Positions 30,814 to 39,470 of a DNA stretch of 39,470 nucleotides are shown piece after piece. The first letter of the stretch is position 1; each line of letters starts with the position of its first letter. The position numbers and the translations under genes are program-made. Origin of the DNA: an uncultured Gammaproteobacteria bacterium (GTDB lineage Bacteria; Patescibacteriota; Microgenomatia; Levybacterales; UBA12049); contig CAYWPH010000002.1 in NCBI GenBank assembly GCA_964460145.1, forward strand, positions 1 through 39,470, in the 5' to 3' direction. Below the pieces are notes generated by a model. The model was given only the letters and a program-made list of their open reading frames with translations, was not told the origin of the DNA and did not search any database.

Positions 30814-32988
30814 GTGAAAAATATTCCACTCTTAAGAGAGTTCTTATTTTTTATTGGATTATTTATAATAATAAATATTTCCTTACCTTCTGTAAACGCA
30901 ACAGTTTGCCCAATTAATCCCACAGACAACCCCTGCTGGGTAATAAAAACGCCAATGCCTACTGCTCGCCGAGCATTAGGTGTGGCGGCGAATCTGGATG
31001 GAGAAATTTATGCTGTAGGAGGATATGACGGACAAGGAGGTTTTCTTAACATATTAGAAAAGTATAACCCTGAAACAGACACTTGGTCAACCGAAGCGCC
31101 TATGCCTGAGGGAAGAAATTCAATGGGTTTTGTTTTCTCCCCTTCCAACGGAAAATTTTATGTAGCAGGGGGATACAATCAAGGATTCTTTAATAATCTT
31201 TATGAATACAATCCGTTAACAAATTTTTGGGATACAAAAGAACCTATGCCAACACCCAGAATATCACTTGGCCTAGCAGCTGCAAATGGAAAATTATATG
31301 CAATAGGAGGCTTATTAGCTGACAACACTTGCGTAAGCACCGTTGAGGAATACACACCAGCAACAAACTCTTGGACATCAAAGGCTCCTATGCCAACACC
31401 GAGATGTGGTATTGGAGTTGTATCGGTGAATGGTATGGTATATGCGATAGGTGGTCTTTTAGATATATCAGAAAACCATAATGAATCCTCAGCAGTTGAG
31501 GAATATAACCCAATAACTGATACCTGGACTGAGAAAACACCCTTACCTATTGCTCGCTCATATCCAGCAGTCTCAATGAATTCATTGGGAAACATTTACG
31601 TTATAGGAGGGAATATTAAAAATCCTGCTGAGGTACCCGTCATACTAACTGATACGGTTGAAGAATATAATCCAATTAATAATAGTTTGTCAACGAAGAC
31701 CTCTTTTCCAATTAGTACGTTTCAGCTTGGCGCTGCGCTAGGAATTAATAATAAGGTATACGTAATGGGAGGACAAACTATGGATGCAGAAGCCGTTAAT
31801 ACAGTTTATGAAGGCTTTATACCAAACTCTCCCTCTATAACTCTAAATGTCCCACTACTCAAACAAACTGATCCCTTGTGGAAAAACCAGACTTATGACA
31901 ATGCTCAAGTTTGGAGTCCACAACTTAAAACCATAGAAAGATGGGGATGTGTTTTAACTTCTGTAGCGATGATTCTGAAATTTCATGGCATCAATAAGTT
32001 ACCAAACGGAAGTAATTTGAATCCTAGCACATTAAATTCATGGCTCAAAAATCAAAAAGATGGATACGTCGGTACTGGCTGGGTAAATTGGCTTGCAATA
32101 TCAAGACTTTCAAAACTAGCAAAACAAATAAATGGAATAACGTCTTTTGATGCATTAGAGTATTCAAGAATTAATGGGGCTAATAAGAATAAGTTAAAAG
32201 AGGATATCGAAGCCTCAATACCGGACATTCTTGAAGAACCCGGGCATTTTGTTGTTGCAAAAGGATTTAATAATGATACTTTTGAAATAAACGATCCTTT
32301 TTATAACCGAGCTACGCTTAACGATGGTTACTCAAATACATTTCTTTCTTTAAGTAGATTTGTTCCATCCAGTACGGATCTTTCATATATAATGTTAACT
32401 CTGAATCCGGATATTACAGCTATTGTTAAAGATCAAAACGGGAATATTGTTGGTGAAAGTTTTACTCAACAACCACTTGTTGATGATTTAAATCCTTCTA
32501 ACACAAATTCACCACTTCAAATATTCTATTTACCAAAGCCCAACAGCCAAAATTACACTCTAGAAATCTCTTCACCGGATAATCGAACATATAATCTAAA
32601 TGCATTTCTTTATGACGAAAATGGGAATGTAAATACTTTTTATCAAAATGGATTACTTGGAAAAGATAATCCTGAGAGTTTCACAATTAATTTTGATAAA
32701 CAAAATTCAAACAACTCAAAAAATGTAAAAATAGTTTCTTTTCAAACCTTTATAGACGATATAAACGAGGGGAAAGATCTTAAGTTAATTCAATCAATTC
32801 TAGCCAACAATTTAATTAAACTGGCAAAAAGTGCGCAAAACAACGCTGAAAGAAATAAAAAATTGGTTGCGAAACTTGAGCTAATTGCCATTGAAGCTAT
32901 TATTAAACCATTAAAGAATACCTTAATCAAAGAACCCGCTTATTCCACTCTTCTCTACGATATAAAGTATTTAAAAGACCATTTGTAA
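30814..32988 (+). CDS. Secreted Kelch-repeat beta-propeller fused to a C39-like (papain-fold) peptidase domain
   Basis: Signal peptide and six Kelch blades (IYAVGG, FYVAGG, LYAIGG, VYAIGG, IYVIGG, VYVMGG with W-x4-PMP). Then VPLLKQTD, WGCVLTS, PGHFVV and INDP, giving a Q/C/H/D set. Confidence 0.85.
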   Translation: MKNIPLLREFLFFIGLFIIINISLPSVNATVCPINPTDNPCWVIKTPMPTARRALGVAANLDGEIYAVGGYDGQGGFLNILEKYNPETDTWSTEAPMPEGRNSMGFVFSPSNGKFYVAGGYNQGFFNNLYEYNPLTNFWDTKEPMPTPRISLGLAAANGKLYAIGGLLADNTCVSTVEEYTPATNSWTSKAPMPTPRCGIGVVSVNGMVYAIGGLLDISENHNESSAVEEYNPITDTWTEKTPLPIARSYPAVSMNSLGNIYVIGGNIKNPAEVPVILTDTVEEYNPINNSLSTKTSFPISTFQLGAALGINNKVYVMGGQTMDAEAVNTVYEGFIPNSPSITLNVPLLKQTDPLWKNQTYDNAQVWSPQLKTIERWGCVLTSVAMILKFHGINKLPNGSNLNPSTLNSWLKNQKDGYVGTGWVNWLAISRLSKLAKQINGITSFDALEYSRINGANKNKLKEDIEASIPDILEEPGHFVVAKGFNNDTFEINDPFYNRATLNDGYSNTFLSLSRFVPSSTDLSYIMLTLNPDITAIVKDQNGNIVGESFTQQPLVDDLNPSNTNSPLQIFYLPKPNSQNYTLEISSPDNRTYNLNAFLYDENGNVNTFYQNGLLGKDNPESFTINFDKQNSNNSKNVKIVSFQTFIDDINEGKDLKLIQSILANNLIKLAKSAQNNAERNKKLVAKLELIAIEAIIKPLKNTLIKEPAYSTLLYDIKYLKDHL

Positions 32989-32995
32989 GTATTTG

Positions 32996-33067
32996 TGGAC
33001 TTGAGAGGATTTGAACCTCTGGCATCTTCAATGTGAATGAAGCGCTCTACCACTGAGCTACAAGTCC
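32996..33067 (-). tRNA. tRNA-Val(CAC)
   Basis: Minus strand: acceptor GGACTTG/CAAGTCC, D arm GCTC/GAGC, anticodon arm CTTCA-TT CAC AT-TGAAG, T arm AGAGG-TTCAAAT-CCTCT. CCA is not encoded. Confidence 0.97.
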
Positions 33068-33075
33068 GCAAGATA

Positions 33076-33124
33076 ATTATACCAAATAAAGCCAATTGAC
33101 AATTGAGGCTAAACTTGGGAGAAT
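33076..33124. promoter_or_regulatory. Divergent promoters of tRNA-Val (-) and lepB (+)
   Basis: TGGTATAAT on the minus strand (33076-33084). TTGACA (33096-33101), 17 nt, GAGAAT (33119-33124) on the plus strand. Confidence 0.6.
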
Positions 33125-33133
33125 AAATTAGTA

Positions 33134-33700
33134 ATGGAAATCATAAGGAAAATCTACGCATTCCTTCTTGATAGCGTCCAGACTTTTTTAATAGCTGCCG
33201 CTATTTTTTTGGTTATTTATTTATTCCTCTTTAGACCATACGAAGTAAAAGGGGATTCCATGTATCCTAACTTTTATGACAAAGAGTACGTCCTAACCAA
33301 CTTAATTATTCTAAGATTTAAAGAGCCAAAAACAGGAGACGTTGTCGTATTTAAAGCACCACCTGAACCGGAAAAAGATTATATTAAAAGAGTAATTGCA
33401 GCTGCGGGAGATACAGTATCTATTCAGGATAGTCAAGTTTACGTAAACGATAAGCTTTTTGATGAAAGCAAATACTTAAGTTCTAGTGTAAAAACCTTTC
33501 CCGGAGCATTTCTTAGGGAGGGAGATACTGTAACAGTACCAGATGAACAATATTTTGTTCTGGGAGATAACAGAAATGCTAGTTCAGACTCCAGAGAGTG
33601 GGGCTTTATTAATAAGGAGGATATTATAGGAGAATCGTTGTTTGTGTATTTGCCAGTCAATAAAATGAGGTTTGTAGAAAATCCGCTTATTACTCCTTAG
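33134..33700 (+). CDS. lepB: Signal peptidase I
   Basis: One TM helix, catalytic Ser in GDSMYP, Lys in YIKRV, and GDNRNASSDSREWG. Confidence 0.95.
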   Translation: MEIIRKIYAFLLDSVQTFLIAAAIFLVIYLFLFRPYEVKGDSMYPNFYDKEYVLTNLIILRFKEPKTGDVVVFKAPPEPEKDYIKRVIAAAGDTVSIQDSQVYVNDKLFDESKYLSSSVKTFPGAFLREGDTVTVPDEQYFVLGDNRNASSDSREWGFINKEDIIGESLFVYLPVNKMRFVENPLITP

Positions 33701-34508
33701 TTAAAACTTCATAGAGTGCTTTTATCTTAGGCCCAGTCACATCCACATCACCCTTTATGATTATTGATAGCCTTGCCTGGGTTCTTGATTGATACATAGC
33801 TACTTTATTAAAACCCATTTTCTCTTCAAGTTTTCTAGCCATCTCATCAAGTTCCGGAACCCAAAGCTTAGATAGTTTAGTCCTTGGTTCTTTTTGCTGA
33901 ACTTCTCCCCTAGCTTGCCTTGCCATCTCTTCCGTCTCCCTTACAGTACTGTTTTCTTTGAGAATTCGCTTAAACAACTCAAGCATTAACTTTGAATCCC
34001 CGATTGAGATAAGAGGCCTCACGTGGCCCTCAGTTATGACTCCCGCAACTAAAGCATCTTTAATTGCATCAGGAAGCGACAAAAGCCTAATTGTATTTGA
34101 AACTGTGGGCGCACTTTTCCCAACTCTTCTTGCAACTTCGTTTGTACCAAGACCGAATTCCTCAATTAACCTTCTATATGCCTGTGCTTTTTCAATTGGG
34201 TTTAAATCTTCCCTTTGAACGTTTTCAACTATAGACATCTCAAGCATTCCCTGTGGAGTTGTTTCTTTTATAACAACTGGAACTTTCTCAAGGCCTAAAA
34301 CTTTTGCCGCTCTCCATCTTCTTTCCCCTGCGATTATTTGATATCCAGCCGGAGTCTTTGCAACAACAATAGGCTCTAAAATACCTTGCTCTCTAATTGA
34401 ATCAACAAGTTCTTGAAGTGAATCGGGAGAAATAAGACCCCTTGGCTGAAGAGGATTTGCCTCAAGCAGTGTTATATCAAGTTCAAAAATTCTTTCTTGA
34501 TTATCCAT
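33690..34508 (-). CDS. parB: ParB/Spo0J partitioning protein
   Basis: [21 protein letters not shown] (CTP-binding), [14 protein letters not shown] and an HTH segment. Confidence 0.93.
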   Translation of the reverse strand: MDNQERIFELDITLLEANPLQPRGLISPDSLQELVDSIREQGILEPIVVAKTPAGYQIIAGERRWRAAKVLGLEKVPVVIKETTPQGMLEMSIVENVQREDLNPIEKAQAYRRLIEEFGLGTNEVARRVGKSAPTVSNTIRLLSLPDAIKDALVAGVITEGHVRPLISIGDSKLMLELFKRILKENSTVRETEEMARQARGEVQQKEPRTKLSKLWVPELDEMARKLEEKMGFNKVAMYQSRTQARLSIIIKGDVDVTGPKIKALYEVLTKE

Positions 34509-34752
34509 TTAATACATCAATAATTTTTTTAGAGTTAAGACTCTTAAACTTAACTATTCCTTCAATTAAAGAAAAAAGAGTGAAATCTTTTCCCATTGAT
34601 ACGTTTTTTCCTGGATGAAACTTTGTTCCTTTTTGGCGAACGATTATACTTCCAGCTTTAGCTTTTTGACCACCATAAAGCTTAACGCCCAATCGCTTTG
34701 AGACTGAGTCTCTATTTCCTTTTACTGCTCCTTGTGCTTTTGTATGTGCCAT
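34501..34752 (-). CDS. rpmA: 50S ribosomal protein L27
   Basis: [31 protein letters not shown] and GKDFTLF motifs. Confidence 0.97.
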   Translation of the reverse strand: MAHTKAQGAVKGNRDSVSKRLGVKLYGGQKAKAGSIIVRQKGTKFHPGKNVSMGKDFTLFSLIEGIVKFKSLNSKKIIDVLNG

Positions 34753-34775
34753 ATAGCTTTCGTGAAAACTTCCCT

Positions 34776-34809
34776 ATTTTATCTTGACTTTTCACAATCT
34801 GTCAAGATA
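34776..34809 (-). promoter_or_regulatory. Internal promoter for rpmA-parB overlapped by a 9-bp inverted repeat
   Basis: Minus strand TTGACA (34800-34805), 18 nt, TAAAAT (34776-34781). Palindrome arms are TATCTTGAC (34780-34788) and GTCAAGATA (34801-34809). Confidence 0.5.
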
Positions 34810-34820
34810 TCAAACCCTAT

Positions 34821-35174
34821 CTATTTTTTCTTTTGCGCAGGTTTTTCTTTTGGCTTAGAAGATGCACTTCCAATCTTTTCAATTTTAAGTTTAGAAAGTG
34901 AGGCTCTAAATCCTATTGTTTTTCTATATCTTACCTTTGACTTATACTTTGATACTCTTATTTTATCTCCTTTGAAATTCTCAAGTAGAGTCGCCTCAAC
35001 TGTTTCACCGGTAACAACAGGTTTTCCTATTTTTACGCTTTCATCTGTAACGAAAAGCAATACGTCGGCAAACGTTACCTTGCCATTTTCCTGTGGCAAT
35101 CTATCAACTTCAATTACGTCTCCCTCACTTACTTTATACTGTTTTCCGCCGGATTTAATTACTGCGTATTTCAT
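34821..35174 (-). CDS. rplU: 50S ribosomal protein L21
   Basis: MKYAVIKSGGKQYKVSEGD, IGKP and KGDKI motifs, with a Lys-rich tail. Confidence 0.96.
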   Translation of the reverse strand: MKYAVIKSGGKQYKVSEGDVIEVDRLPQENGKVTFADVLLFVTDESVKIGKPVVTGETVEATLLENFKGDKIRVSKYKSKVRYRKTIGFRASLSKLKIEKIGSASSKPKEKPAQKKK

Positions 35175-35183
35175 TAAGGATCA

Positions 35184-35192
35184 ATTATAGCA
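35184..35192 (-). promoter_or_regulatory. Extended -10 promoter of rplU
   Basis: TGCTATAAT lies 9 nt upstream of the ATG, with no SD sequence. Confidence 0.6.
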
Positions 35193-35198
35193 AATTTT

Positions 35199-36278
35199 TT
35201 AGCCAATTTCTAGAACTTTATCTTCTTTTAGTGATTTATTTATTGAATTTAAAAGCCCTAGGAAAATAAAATTGGATAAAAGACTGCTTCCACCATAGGA
35301 AACAAAAGGTAAAGTTACTCCTACAATTGGAAGAAGACCTACATTCATTCCTATATTTACAAAAATCTGTATTAGAAAAGTAAAAAAGACAATTGCTGAA
35401 AAGGTCTTACAAAAATTGTCGTTTGTATTTAAAAATATCTGCAAAATCCTATAAAGCAAAACCCCAAAACAAACCAATACGATAACCACACCTATCATTC
35501 CAAGTTGTTCTGAAATGGTTGCAAAAATAAAATCGGTCTGGCGCTCTGGCAAAAACCTTAAACTTGACTGACTTCCCTGCCCGATTCCCTTTCCCATTAT
35601 CATTCCTGATCCTACTGCAATTATTGACTGGATTACATTATATGAAGTCCCAAGCGGATCCAAAGACGGATTTAAAAAGGTTAAAACTCTTTGTCTTTGG
35701 TAATCACGCAAAAAATTCCAAAAAATTGGGGCCATTAGTATAAAAGGAAGTGCAGAAACCAAAAAATACCTAAAGGGGAATCCAAGATAAATTACTGATA
35801 AAAAAACAACCAATCCATATAAAATTGCATTCCCAAGATCAGGTTGAAAAAATATTAGAAAAAATATTGGAGTTAAAAGTAAAAAAACATTTAAAAAACT
35901 TCTAAAATTAAAAACCTTAATTTGCGAAAGATAGCTTGCTAAACTTATTGCCAAAAAAGGTTTTAAGACCTCTGAAAATTGCAATCTAAAACCTAAGATC
36001 TCTACCCATCTTACCGCACCCCTTGATTCAATTCCCAAAATCAAGACAAAAACTAAGGCAATTATTGAAATAATGTAAATTGGTTTTGCAAATACTGAGG
36101 CGGTTTTATAATTGCTTTGGGAAAAAAACAAAAAAGCAAATATAGATAGGATAAATAAAACAATCTGCCCATTAAAAAAACTTACGTTTAAGGAAAAAAG
36201 AGTAACAAGGCTAAGAAGTACTAATATTAAAACCGGAATAATTAAAAACCAATCTATCTCTTTTAGGATTCTACTCAT
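35199..36278 (-). CDS. rodA: SEDS peptidoglycan polymerase, RodA type
   Basis: RGAVRW, QFSEVLK, QPDLG, YQRQR, QSIIAVGSG, FLPERQTDFIF and GVTLPFVSYGGSS motifs. Confidence 0.9.
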   Translation of the reverse strand: MSRILKEIDWFLIIPVLILVLLSLVTLFSLNVSFFNGQIVLFILSIFAFLFFSQSNYKTASVFAKPIYIISIIALVFVLILGIESRGAVRWVEILGFRLQFSEVLKPFLAISLASYLSQIKVFNFRSFLNVFLLLTPIFFLIFFQPDLGNAILYGLVVFLSVIYLGFPFRYFLVSALPFILMAPIFWNFLRDYQRQRVLTFLNPSLDPLGTSYNVIQSIIAVGSGMIMGKGIGQGSQSSLRFLPERQTDFIFATISEQLGMIGVVIVLVCFGVLLYRILQIFLNTNDNFCKTFSAIVFFTFLIQIFVNIGMNVGLLPIVGVTLPFVSYGGSSLLSNFIFLGLLNSINKSLKEDKVLEIG

Positions 36279-39258
36279 CTTTTACGACTGCAAATTTATC
36301 TTCTGCAATTATTTTACTAACGAGGGCTTTTTTCTTTATATAATCCTCATGCTCAACCGGCCAGTAAGGAATACTTACAGTTACTTTTCCGTTTGTCTTT
36401 GTCCCAAGCTTTTTTCTTTCTTCCTGGATTTTTCTAACAATATCACGGGCCAGTCCAAATTGTAAATCTAAATTGTCATCGCTTGTTTTTGCAATAACGG
36501 AATAAATATCCATCTTTTTATCAAATGAAAGGCTATAAGCGTTTATTTCATCTTTAACTATTTTTAAAATCTCTTGTGAAAGCTCTTTTGGCCCGCTATA
36601 TGTCATTTGCTTTATTGGTATTCTTACTTTTACTTCTGCTTGCTTTCTTAGAGCGTGGGCTGCTTCAACAATTTGTCTTCCGAGAACAATTTCCTGTTCT
36701 AGCTTTTCATCTATTAACTTTGTGTCAGTATCCGGCCAATCAGAAAGATGAACAGATTCTTCTCCTGTTAAATTTGTATAAATTTCCTCGGAAATAAAAG
36801 GGGTAAATGGAGCAAGTAATTTTGAAAGATTGACTAAAATAAAATATAAAGTTTTGTAACAAGCATCTTTGTCTTTACTATCCTGTGCTGATGGGCCTAT
36901 TCTATCCCTGCTTCTTCTAATATACCAAAGCGATAGATCGTTTACAAAATTCTCAATTTCTACTGCAGCTTTTTCTGCACTGTATTCTTCCAAAGATTTT
37001 GTGACAGTATTTACTGTATTATTAAATCTTGAAAGAATCCATTTATCCAGTATATTCTCTAAATCTAATTTTGTATTTTTATTTTTCCTCCAATCATCAA
37101 CTAAAGCATAGGTTACAAAAAAATTATATATATTCCAAAGCATTAAATGAAATCTTCTTCTTGTCTCATCAGCTCTGTGGTAACCAAACAGCAGATTTTG
37201 ATCAGGATTATGAACTGAAAACATCCATCTCATAACATCAACGCCTATTTTATCCGCTCCCTCGTTAAACTCAATCGAGTTGCCCCAGGATTTGTGCATT
37301 GGCCTTCCGTCTTCCCCAAGCATAGAAGCATATCCTAGTACAAGTTCAAATGGATTCTTTTTTTCTAAAACTGTAGACATTGCAATCATTGAATAAAACC
37401 AGTTCTTAAACTGCCCCGGGAAGCTTTCTGTTATAAACTGCGCTGGAAACCAATCCTGCCAGTACTTTTTATCTGTTATATAGCTTAATTTCTTGGTTTT
37501 TGGATCTATATATGTTGAAAAAGGAACTATTCCAGCATCAAGCCAGACATTTCCTACATCATTAACTCTTTCTACGATTTCAGCGCATTTACTGCATTTA
37601 ATTTTAACTTCATCGATGTATGGCTTATGAGGAGAATGTCCTTCAAATTCTTTCCATCCTAAAACAGCCCTTTCTTCCAACTGCTCTTTTGAACCAATAA
37701 CTTCAAAATGACCACATTTTTTACACTCATAAATTGGAAGAGCCAGTCCCCAGTATCTGTTTTTCTTACTAATTAACCAATCATGCATGTTAGATAGCCA
37801 ATCAAGCTCTCTTTCAAGCCCAAACGAAGGCCTCCATTCGATCTTTTTTGCTACGTCCATCATTTGCTCTCTTAAAGTTTTCCCATTGCCTTCTTTTATG
37901 TCCATTGCTATATACCACTCAAAAGTTACTTTCCAGACAAGCTCAGTTTTACATCTCCAGCAGGCTGGATAGCGGTGGGTATAATGCATTGTTTTGAGAA
38001 GATAGTTTGAGTTTTCAAAAGATCTTAAGTAATCAATTATAATTTCTGGATGTTTTTTTGCATTTTGGCCGCTTAGCTGGCTCATTCCCTCCAGATATGA
38101 AGCGTCATCAGCGATTGTCGAAATAACTGAGAGCTTTTCTTTTTTACCTAAATCAAAATCCTCTTTTCCAGCGCCTGGCGCAACGTGTAAAAGTCCTGTT
38201 CCCTCCAATGACACTACAATCTCGCTCCCATCAACTACCGTATGGAAAGTATCAGAATTTTCTTCTTTTGCCATTTGAACAATGGGTAAATCATCAAATG
38301 GCGCCTGGTACTTAAGTCCTATTAAGTTTTTCCCTTCAATCTCTTTAATTTCTTTCCACTCTTGACCAGTTTCGCTTAATATATAATCTGAAACCATAAC
38401 TTCTTTTCCTTTTAAAGTTCTTTTTGGGACATTACCGTTTTCATCTTTTCCTATAAAAATAACTTTCTCTCCCTTGAGATTTTGCCAGAGCTTATACGTA
38501 AACTTTGTATTTATACCAACCGCTACGTTTGCAGGAATTGTCCAAGGAGTTGTTGTCCAGACCAAAAGAAATGTATTATCAAATCCTTTACTTAGTATTT
38601 TAAGTTTTAAAAATATAGTTTCATGCGTTAGTTCTTTATAATCCTCTGTTAACATTTCATGCTGGGAGATTGCAGTTTCACATCTTGGACACCATGGAAC
38701 GCTGTCTTTCCCCTTATATATCCAGTTCTTTTCAAAACAGGTCTTTAAAAAATGCCAGATCATGTAGTTGTTTTCATCGCTCATTGTGTAATACGAATTA
38801 TCCCAGTCCATAAACTGGGCAAGACGCTTACTTTGTTCTGTTTGTATAGTTGAAAATTTAATAACTCTTTGTTTACATAGTTCTACAAATTTGGCAATAC
38901 TTTCCTTTTTGTTTCCCTCTACCAAATTTTCAATATCCTTTTTGTTTCTAATACTAAGTTCTTTTTCAACTTCAACTTCTACCCAAAGACCCTGGCAATC
39001 AAATCCGTTTTGAAATCTCTGCTTGTATCCTCGCATATTCCAAAACCTTTGCCATAAATCTTTATATGTTCTTCCCCATGCATGATGAACTCCCATTGGA
39101 TTATTTGCAGTTATTGGACCGTCTAAAAAAGAATATCTTTTTGTGGAGTTTTCGTTTCTTGCAAGATACTTTTCAACCAGTTTTTCTTTTTCCCATTTTT
39201 CTAAGAAACCTCTTTCCAGAGAGGGAAAATCGACCTGCGGAGTAACTGATTTAAACAT
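36271..39258 (-). CDS. ileS: Isoleucine-tRNA ligase, type 2
   Basis: FLDGPITAN-GVHH, GFDCQGL, WTTTPWT editing motif, GTGLLHVAPG, DWLISK-RYWG, VWLDAG, PMHKS and WYIRRSR. Confidence 0.93.
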   Translation of the reverse strand: MFKSVTPQVDFPSLERGFLEKWEKEKLVEKYLARNENSTKRYSFLDGPITANNPMGVHHAWGRTYKDLWQRFWNMRGYKQRFQNGFDCQGLWVEVEVEKELSIRNKKDIENLVEGNKKESIAKFVELCKQRVIKFSTIQTEQSKRLAQFMDWDNSYYTMSDENNYMIWHFLKTCFEKNWIYKGKDSVPWCPRCETAISQHEMLTEDYKELTHETIFLKLKILSKGFDNTFLLVWTTTPWTIPANVAVGINTKFTYKLWQNLKGEKVIFIGKDENGNVPKRTLKGKEVMVSDYILSETGQEWKEIKEIEGKNLIGLKYQAPFDDLPIVQMAKEENSDTFHTVVDGSEIVVSLEGTGLLHVAPGAGKEDFDLGKKEKLSVISTIADDASYLEGMSQLSGQNAKKHPEIIIDYLRSFENSNYLLKTMHYTHRYPACWRCKTELVWKVTFEWYIAMDIKEGNGKTLREQMMDVAKKIEWRPSFGLERELDWLSNMHDWLISKKNRYWGLALPIYECKKCGHFEVIGSKEQLEERAVLGWKEFEGHSPHKPYIDEVKIKCSKCAEIVERVNDVGNVWLDAGIVPFSTYIDPKTKKLSYITDKKYWQDWFPAQFITESFPGQFKNWFYSMIAMSTVLEKKNPFELVLGYASMLGEDGRPMHKSWGNSIEFNEGADKIGVDVMRWMFSVHNPDQNLLFGYHRADETRRRFHLMLWNIYNFFVTYALVDDWRKNKNTKLDLENILDKWILSRFNNTVNTVTKSLEEYSAEKAAVEIENFVNDLSLWYIRRSRDRIGPSAQDSKDKDACYKTLYFILVNLSKLLAPFTPFISEEIYTNLTGEESVHLSDWPDTDTKLIDEKLEQEIVLGRQIVEAAHALRKQAEVKVRIPIKQMTYSGPKELSQEILKIVKDEINAYSLSFDKKMDIYSVIAKTSDDNLDLQFGLARDIVRKIQEERKKLGTKTNGKVTVSIPYWPVEHEDYIKKKALVSKIIAEDKFAVVKDE

Positions 39259-39351
39259 ATTGTTAATTTTAGCTTAAAAAACATATTACTTCAACCATAA
39301 TTGTCATGCTTTTAATATTGACTTTTAAAAGATTTCTTGTATATTATAATT

Positions 39352-39470
39352 ATGCAAGCAATATCAGAAAGATCAAAATCCCTCAGATTAATAAAAGCCT
39401 TAAAAGATTCTATTGGGATAACTGGTTTTCAACGCGGAGTACGTAATGCGAGAGAATCTGGAACGGGTTC
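39352..39470 (+). CDS. 5' end of a hypothetical ORF running off the window
   Basis: MQAISERSKSLRLIKALKDSIGITGFQRGVRNARESGTG is open to the edge. TTGACT (39318-39323) and TATATT/TATAAT boxes lie just upstream. Confidence 0.45.
   Translation, partial: MQAISERSKSLRLIKALKDSIGITGFQRGVRNARESGTG

Noticed and set aside
30930-31810. Repeated DNA words (ATGCC, GAATATAA) about every 140-150 nt
   Set aside because: These are codons of the Kelch repeats, not an independent DNA repeat or array.

Overview
AT-rich, gene-dense bacterial chromosome segment. The compact operons, short ATP synthase delta and c subunits, tRNAs without encoded CCA and many glycosyltransferases suggest a Patescibacteria/CPR genome, possibly Microgenomates (inference). 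From left to right: the 3' part of gatB, a stand-alone GGDEF gene coupled to dnaE, and an F1Fo ATP synthase operon (atpBEFHAGDC) whose atpB is split by an A7 run. Next come tRNA-Thr(CGT), an unexplained structured ~80-nt spacer and a membrane-anchored Ig-like protein. An ~18-kb surface-glycosylation locus follows, with six GT-C-fold membrane enzymes (two fused to GT2 domains), GT2/GT4 enzymes, a Wzx flippase, an NDP-sugar C-methyltransferase and a small membrane ORF missed by the ORF track. After that are a nested IS30/IS3/IS3 scar, an FkbM methyltransferase, a secreted Kelch + C39-like peptidase, tRNA-Val(CAC), lepB, and the minus-strand ileS-rodA-rplU-rpmA-parB cluster. The best leads are the GT-C-rich glycosylation system, the candidate RNA behind tRNA-Thr, the Kelch-C39 protein, the GXHH-type IleRS2 and the recurring leaderless/short-leader promoter layout. 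No CRISPR array, rRNA or intact mobile element was seen. All calls come from reading motifs by eye; no database search was run.
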